Assembly (NCBI GenBank): GCA_963693365.1
Contig: CAVNZM010000004.1
Location: 1,981,449 to 2,045,448 of the forward strand
Source of the DNA: Amoebidium appalachense
Lineage: Eukaryota > Protista > Ichthyosporea
DNA: 64,000 nucleotides
Direction: 5' to 3'
Shown here one piece after another: positions 58,001-64,000 of this stretch (position 1 is the stretch's first letter; every line of letters begins with the position of its first letter). Below the pieces are notes generated by a model that was not told the origin of the DNA, ran no database searches, and was given only the letters and a program-made list of their open reading frames with translations. Both the position numbers and the translations under genes were made by a program.

Positions 58001-58850
58001 GGTAATTCGGTGGTGAGAAGGGGCGGTTGGGGGGGTAATTTGGTTTGGGAGAGTATGGGGGGGGGCTGGGATTTTGTGGATTAGGGGTTTGGGGTTCTTG
58101 TACGACATTTACAGTGGAAAATGAAATTTTTCTATTATTATCTGGATTTTCGGAGATAGCCATTTGATATTCGCAGGCACTTCTAAGTACATCTAAATTG
58201 CGTGGTGCATCTGCAGGTAGTTTAGCTTTAAGGTGTGCGGGTATACCTTCCCATAATTTAAAACAGAATTTCTCTCCACTAGATGGTTCATTTGCAATTA
58301 TAGCTAATTTTCTTTTTACTGCCATATACTTTCCGAATGATTCTCCTGGCTTCATTTTATAATTATTATATTTAGATAGTGCGCCTATGCGTGCGGCAGG
58401 GCTATTATATTCATCACGCAATATTTGACAGAGTGCTTTAAATACTTCGTTGTAGCTGTTGTGTTCTTTATATAATTTGGACACTGTTTGGTCTGTGAGT
58501 AATTCCCTTGCAGTGCCTTTGCACTGGTCAACCAATAAATTACATCCCTCTTTTGCGCTAAAGTTGAAACGGTTAATATGATCCGTAATTTGCTTAATAT
58601 AAGATTCAACATGGGCACGTGCAGTGTTGGTAATATCTGATATTTCACCATAAAATTTATCACCAGTATAGCGTTTAAGATAGTGTTTACCTTCAGTGGT
58701 GTCTTTTTCTTCCTTCTCGCTCTCGCTGTTGCGCTTCTCTGTTATGTAATCTGTCTCTTCTTCCTCGTTCTCACTCAGAACGGGAGAGACGGGGCGCTCG
58801 TTCTCCTCATCGGAGTTAACGTTTTTCTGACTACGTGTGGAGGGTGCCAT
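55083..58850 (-). CDS. Ty3/Gypsy-like Gag-aspartic protease polyprotein with C-terminal extension, lacking RT/RNaseH/integrase; three frameshifts, all at C-runs
   Basis: 56592-58850 contains a capsid MHR-like segment (YKMKPGESFGKY...LWEGIPAHLKAKL), a CHHC knuckle (CVFHPNSRSHNTVDC) and a retropepsin (INGIPTYACMDTGAGPAIMS...IYGIG). The protease tail VLLGNSFW is in the next frame. Reading then continues through a beta-rich segment (VSIPIVNYSNTSILPRDYVVATV), a Cys/His cluster and an acidic tail to the stop at 55083. Confidence 0.8.
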
Positions 58851-58946
58851 GGTGATATTTTTATCTTGAGGTATGTGAGTACTAGCTACTTGTACTGTCG
58901 GAGAGTTTGCAATAATGCGGACACGTTGCTAAGCCCACGCAGGTGT

Positions 58947-58957
58947 CTCTGCTACCA
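58947..58957 (-). promoter_or_regulatory. Primer-binding site complementary to the initiator tRNA-Met 3' end
   Basis: The minus strand reads TGGTAGCAGAG, complementary to ...CUCUGCUACCA (animal-type tRNAi-Met), 97 nt upstream of the gag ATG. Confidence 0.8.
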
Positions 58958-59422
58958 CGAAAAGGACGGCAGTAAAGCAGCCAGTAGAATACGCATAAGT
59001 TAGTTTTAGTTTGTCAATGCTGTTTATTTCTGTAGGCAGCCTGGCCATACACAGGAATGTAGAGGGTTGATATGAGACGAAATGCCGATGCACCACCTAC
59101 AACGTAGACGACTGGAGACGTATCGAGAGGAAATTACCGATCTAACTAAGCGTAAGGGTTGTAACTACATCGAGGAATCGGTTGGTCTACCTGTCTAAGA
59201 CTGAAACTAAACGCGGTTTATATACTAGCTGGAAGGTTCCCGAAAGTCCTATAAGAAGTTTCTAAGAAAATCCCGATGACTACACGATCACTAATTGTAT
59301 ACTACTCGCTGATTATGAATTTCGCCGAGCAAAGATTAACATATCAAAAGTAGAATCGCCAGTCATCTAAGATTACGAACCCCGGTAGTTCGCGGCTCAC
59401 TGTGCATTCAGACATGGTCTCA
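58958..59422 (-). mobile_element. Probable 5' LTR of the Gypsy-like element; boundaries tentative, no second copy in the window
   Basis: Abuts the PBS. The minus strand begins TGAGAC (59422) and has TATATAAA (59217-59224) and AATAAA (59023-59028) in U3-R-U5 order. It ends in ...TTCG rather than CA. Confidence 0.5.
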
Positions 59423-60070
59423 TACAATACAATTCATATGTACAACTGTACCTAATAATATCTCAGTGAATATATTTATAGCTTATGTGCAACACTATTT
59501 ATCACTCAAATGTCAGTATAATATTTTAAGACTTCGATTTGACACACTCTATACACACTCTAATTTCCCACTAGGGATCTGATGGTTACGTAACTAGTGA
59601 GCCAGTGGCTCACTGTCCAGCCAATGATAATAATGAATATCAATAAATATGGATTCCACAGAACAGACTGATACTTTGGCGATGTTTTTCATGTTCACAC
59701 CTGACGCTTGTATTTCCTGGGTAATTACCCTTTGCAATCTCTTGGCTCTGTTATAGGATGCTCTTGGCTCTTGGCTCTATTATAATTGGCGAATTTTTAA
59801 ATACTTTTTGTGGTTGTTTCTTGGCTCGCTTTCTCATTGCTCGCATGCTCTCGTATGATGAAAAGTTCTCCAATATAGAGTCATAAGCTTTCGTGATTTA
59901 GAACCAATTAGAATATAATAAATATTAACGACTTTGCGCTATGACATACTGCAAAGACTCAGACATATCACACTTAACCTTGATGATTGGTTAAAGCCCG
60001 GCAACACATGAAAACTAAAGTAAATTAATGAAGTCTAAACACACATGCTATTCTAATTGTAGCCTAAGTG

Positions 60071-60512
60071 TGTTACCGTCCAATGAACACGTATTAGGTA
60101 ACACAAATCTACCTAACATATATTAGTAGAAAAGAAATACGATTATACACATGAAGACAAAGAGAGAAAGAAAAGAAAATAAGGAAGGAGAAGGAGGAAG
60201 GAAAAGAGAGCACAGATCAACAAACAAGATAGTAATAGCATAACTATAACCAGAGATATTTATGTACACACGAACATGTACACGTCTCTCCCTGAGTGGG
60301 TGGATCCGTGTACACACATATAAAATTTATTCTAATCGATATTACAACACACGATTAAAGCCGATACAACACGATTACAAGTATACAAGCATATCGGAGA
60401 TCGATGCTTCACTTTACATAATAGGAGTGTGGCATATACACTAAGCATATGAACTGAAACATAACACAAACTGAGAAGATCTTACCATATGTAGATACTA
60501 CGTATTACAACA
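60071..60512 (-). mobile_element. 3' LTR of the Ty1/Copia retrotransposon (~442 bp), preceded by a polypurine tract
   Basis: On the minus strand the PPT-like AAGTGGGGA (60513-60521) is directly followed by TGTTGTAAT...GGTAACA (TGTT...AACA termini), with AATAAA at ~60326-60331. Confidence 0.7.
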
Positions 60513-60926
60513 TCCCCACTTAAGACTTTGAAGTTTGTGTTATCATATCCCCACTGAACTAGTGAAATCTCCCCACTTGAGAACAGAAACGGAAAAAAAA
60601 ATTAAAGTGTGTACTTTTCCGGGGGGGGGGGGGGGGGGGGAGAAGGGGGGGGGGAGGGGGGGGGGGGGAGGGGGGGGGGAGGGGGGGGGAAGGGGGGGGG
60701 GGGGGAAGGAACCGGGGCAAAAACAACGAATATGTATAACGTGTATAGTCGGGGTTTGATTAACTGGGTTTTAAACCAGTGAAAGATAGAGTAGAGTGAT
60801 GGTACAGGTCAAACCTTATATATAAACCCTAAGTGGGCATACCCACAAAGGCAATATACATATGAAATAATGATTATAATAAAGTAAGTGGTAAACATTA
60901 GAAAATCACTCTTGAAGTAGGACGGG

Positions 60927-63900
60927 TCAATCCACAATATCCGGCAGACAAAGTTTAGCACGATGGTTGACATGACTCGGGCCGGGGAGGGGTTTGGTGA
61001 GGATGTCAGCTAAGTTGTGGGCTGATTCAACGTAGTGGACAACCACATCCCCACTTGCAATGTAGTCCTTGGTGTTGTGATACCGGACGGCAATGTGTTT
61101 GGTACGGTGCTTGATGCCGGTGGAGTTGACGATGGCAATGGTCGACTGGTTGTCACAGTACACCGGAGTCGGAGCAAGCATGGGGCAGCCGAGTTCCTTG
61201 AAGAGGTCACGGACCCAAGCAACTTCTTGGGTGCCAGCATTGAGAGCAATCAGCTCAGCCTCAGTGGTGCTGGTGGCTGTGATGGGCTGGAGCTTGGAGT
61301 ACCAGATGATGGGCATACCAGCAAACTCGATGATGTAGCCGGTGGTAGACTTCTTGCTGTCGGCACAACCAGCAAAGTCAGCATCCGTGTAGCATTCGAG
61401 TATGGGGGGCTGGGTGGCCGAGTACTTGTAGTCAATGCCAAGGTCAATGGTGCCGAGCAGGTACCGGGCCACACGACGGAGAAGGTCCCAGTGAGTCTTG
61501 CCGGGGTTGGTGCTGAACCGACCAAGGAAGCCGATGGCATAGGCAATGTCGGGACGTGTGCACCGTGCCACCCAGAGGAGACGGCCGAGTAACTCACGGT
61601 AGGGCACGGTGAACGGTTGGGGGGGGCAGTCAGCCAGGGAGACGGTGGTGCCTGCAGGGATGGGGGTAGACTTGGACTTGGCATCGGTGAGGTTGAAGTC
61701 GTGGATGATATCCATGATGTAAGACCTCTGGTGCATGTGGAGGTGATGGGGATCAGAGTGATTAAAATCAACACCGAGCATACGGTCAAATGGACTCATA
61801 CGACAGCTGGCCATCTTGCTGATGTGGGCAGCCAGGTCACTGGAAGCAGTAGAACCCCGGGTGTTGGTGATGGTGGAGTCGTCGACGTAGTTACCAGCCC
61901 GAACCACATCGTTGTTGGGGAAGAACCGGAGGTAGATGCACGGATCGGTCTTAGTACGGGTCAGGCCATGGGCAAGAGGAATGCCGTCGAGGAAGTCGTA
62001 CCAAGCCTTGGAGGCTTGCTTGAGGCCGTACAGAGCTTTCTTGAGTCTCCAGACCTTGCCAAGTGTGGCCATGGTGATGAATCCCGGGGGTTGTTTCATG
62101 TAGATGGTCTCGGTGAGTGGGCTGTTGAGAAAGGCCGTAGACACGTCGAGTTGATGGATGTCATGACCTTCAACAACGGCCAGAGCTAGGATAGCACGGA
62201 GAGCAGCCGGACGGATGACAGGGCTCTCAATCAACTCATAGTCAACACCGTATTGCTGACTGAAGCCTTGAGCAACACCACGTGCCTTGATCTTGGTGTC
62301 ACCAGCCGAGTTGAGAGTTTTCTCGGAGACAATCCACTTGAAGCCGACGATGTTAGCACCAGGGGGAGGGTCAACAAGTTCAAAGATGTCTTTGTCGACG
62401 AAGGCTTGATACTCAGCAGTCAGGGCTGACTTGACCTGGTCACCATGGGGTCCGGAACACAGTTGACGGACAAGTTTGGGTAGTTGGTCGATGTTGATGG
62501 GGGGACCGGGGGGGACTGGGAGGGTGGTGGTGGCTTGAAGTCCAACCTTGCCCTGTAGACGGGCAGAACGACGGGGTGCAGGAACCGGGGGAGGTGGAGA
62601 CGGGGGGGGGGGAACTTGGAAGTTCGGAATTGCAGGGGGGGCAACCTCCGGGCTGGACGGGGCCGAGTGGAAGTTGTCGGGGGAGCCGGGTCGGATGGGT
62701 GTGACGTTGCCAGGGGCAGGATGAGGGTCGGCAGGCTGGACGGGCACGGGGGCAGGGGGGCCGGTGGGGGGGGGTGTCGGGGGAACGACGATGGCAGGAG
62801 GGGGGCCAGAGTACACCAGACAAACATCATCTTCAGTGTCAACTGTGGGGGGTGGGGTGCTCGAGGTAGCAGTGGTGTCGGGGGTCAGAAGTGTTGATGG
62901 AATGTCGGACGGGAGATAAGCTGATTCGTCGAAAATCACATCACGGAAGAGGCCGACACGATGGGTGGTGGGATTGAAGATCCGGTGGCAGTGTGATTGA
63001 AGATCATAGCCAATATACATGCCGAGTTTGACGGTGGGGGCCAGCTTGTTCCGTTTAGAGGCTGGCACATGAGTGTAGGCAGGGCAACCGAACACCTTGA
63101 GCTCGGAGATGTCGGGCTTGACACCGTAGAAAACCTCGAATGGTGTACGACCATTGGCAGTCGTGGACGGGGTGACGTTGATGATGTAGGCGGCATGTTG
63201 GAGGGCCTCAGCCCACAGTTTGGGGGACAGAGACTGATCTTGGACTTGATGGAGGAGGCAACGAACAATCTCTTGGAGGAACCGCATACGACGTTCAACA
63301 TAGCCGTTCAGTTGAGGGCAGTCCACCGGAGCATAGCTGGCCTTGATGCCCTGGGAGAGGCAAAAAGCACGGGTAGCCTTGGAGGTGAACTCAGAGCCGG
63401 AGTCGAAGTGGTAGACACCAACTTTGGAGGGGGCATGGGTAGCAACGAGGTTGGTGTGAGCTGTGAGAATGTCCAGGGTGGTTGTACGGTCGGCCATCGG
63501 GTAGATCTTGACGAGTCCAGAGGCACGGCAGACAGTGACGAGAGCAACCTTGGAACCTCCGTACGATGTTGTGGTAGGCTCAAAAAAATCCCAATGCCAT
63601 TCATGACCGGGGATGTTGGAGTGAGGACGGTCACCCTTGAACGGAGCCTTGGTGGTTTTACCCATAATGCAGCCATGACAATCAGGAACATCACAGTCGA
63701 GGACAGACGAGGGGAGACCAATGACAAGGTCGTGTTTCACCATGTCCTTGATGCTGGTCATAGCACGGTGCCCCAGACGATTATGCCAGATGGATGGGTT
63801 AACACTGGTAGTGGCAGCCAGAGCCACAGGACGAGTGGGTGGTTGAATGGTGTAGTCCTTGAAGTAATACAGACCGTTGTGTAGACGGAGGTTGACGAGA

Positions 63901-64000
63901 TGACGGCCGGTAAGTCGGTCGAAGAGGAATGACGGAGTGGAGGCATCATTCAAATCACCCTTGATGTATTCGGCAGCAGCTTGGGATGTTGAAATGAGGA
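60927..64000 (-). CDS. Ty1/Copia Pol polyprotein (GAG-pre-integrase, integrase, RT, RNase H); 5'-truncated by the window edge
   Basis: Uninterrupted frame of >1000 aa in Copia order: WHNRLGH...CHGC, HWDFF / HFDSGSEF / NGYVERRMR (DDE), VFGCPAY, KARGVAQG, QLDVSTAFLN, LYGLKQA, YVDD, TRPDI, YTDADFAG, TEAE, CDNQS, KHIAVRYH, ADILTKPL. Confidence 0.97.
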   Translation of the reverse strand, partial: LISTSQAAAEYIKGDLNDASTPSFLFDRLTGRHLVNLRLHNGLYYFKDYTIQPPTRPVALAATTSVNPSIWHNRLGHRAMTSIKDMVKHDLVIGLPSSVLDCDVPDCHGCIMGKTTKAPFKGDRPHSNIPGHEWHWDFFEPTTTSYGGSKVALVTVCRASGLVKIYPMADRTTTLDILTAHTNLVATHAPSKVGVYHFDSGSEFTSKATRAFCLSQGIKASYAPVDCPQLNGYVERRMRFLQEIVRCLLHQVQDQSLSPKLWAEALQHAAYIINVTPSTTANGRTPFEVFYGVKPDISELKVFGCPAYTHVPASKRNKLAPTVKLGMYIGYDLQSHCHRIFNPTTHRVGLFRDVIFDESAYLPSDIPSTLLTPDTTATSSTPPPTVDTEDDVCLVYSGPPPAIVVPPTPPPTGPPAPVPVQPADPHPAPGNVTPIRPGSPDNFHSAPSSPEVAPPAIPNFQVPPPPSPPPPVPAPRRSARLQGKVGLQATTTLPVPPGPPINIDQLPKLVRQLCSGPHGDQVKSALTAEYQAFVDKDIFELVDPPPGANIVGFKWIVSEKTLNSAGDTKIKARGVAQGFSQQYGVDYELIESPVIRPAALRAILALAVVEGHDIHQLDVSTAFLNSPLTETIYMKQPPGFITMATLGKVWRLKKALYGLKQASKAWYDFLDGIPLAHGLTRTKTDPCIYLRFFPNNDVVRAGNYVDDSTITNTRGSTASSDLAAHISKMASCRMSPFDRMLGVDFNHSDPHHLHMHQRSYIMDIIHDFNLTDAKSKSTPIPAGTTVSLADCPPQPFTVPYRELLGRLLWVARCTRPDIAYAIGFLGRFSTNPGKTHWDLLRRVARYLLGTIDLGIDYKYSATQPPILECYTDADFAGCADSKKSTTGYIIEFAGMPIIWYSKLQPITATSTTEAELIALNAGTQEVAWVRDLFKELGCPMLAPTPVYCDNQSTIAIVNSTGIKHRTKHIAVRYHNTKDYIASGDVVVHYVESAHNLADILTKPLPGPSHVNHRAKLCLPDIVD

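Noticed and set aside
59071-59424. TA-flanked TGAGAC...GTCTCA as a Tc1/mariner MITE or solo LTR
   Set aside because: The inverted repeat is only 6-8 bp, there is no 4-6 bp TSD, and the PBS and AATAAA lie outside it. I treated it as part of the probable LTR.
51400-60000. Endogenous giant virus or Polinton as the source of the JmjC region
   Set aside because: No major capsid protein, packaging ATPase, PolB or dense intronless ORF array is visible in this window.

Overview
Eukaryotic, intron-rich genomic DNA, not prokaryotic. The proteins look holozoan/opisthokont-like; an ichthyosporean-type protist is my unverified guess. Introns are packed with poly-C/poly-G runs and (CA)n/(CT)n microsatellites, so most ORFs in the six-frame track are artefacts. 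Bases 1-51 kb hold seven spliced host genes that I reconstructed by hand from GT-AG sites and reading-frame phase. In order they are a USP16/45-like deubiquitinase (-, partial), NudC (+), a GILT-like thiol reductase (-), a mitochondrial malic enzyme (-), a GLUT8-like sugar transporter (+), a membrane RING-H2 E3 ligase (-) and a G-protein alpha subunit (+). One further weak gene candidate follows. Bases 51.4-64 kb are a transposon cluster. It contains a non-autonomous hAT-like element with a perfect 8-bp TSD, a KDM4-like JmjC demethylase gene with an in-frame stop, and a Gypsy-like Gag-protease polyprotein that has a tRNA-iMet PBS but no RT/RNaseH/integrase. The JmjC gene and the Gypsy-like ORF lie tail-to-tail. 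The cluster ends with the 3' part of an apparently intact Copia element. Two leads stand out: a possible TE-borne histone demethylase cassette, and a ~110-160 bp repeat family that ends in poly(C) and lies sense to the host gene in every intronic copy I could place.
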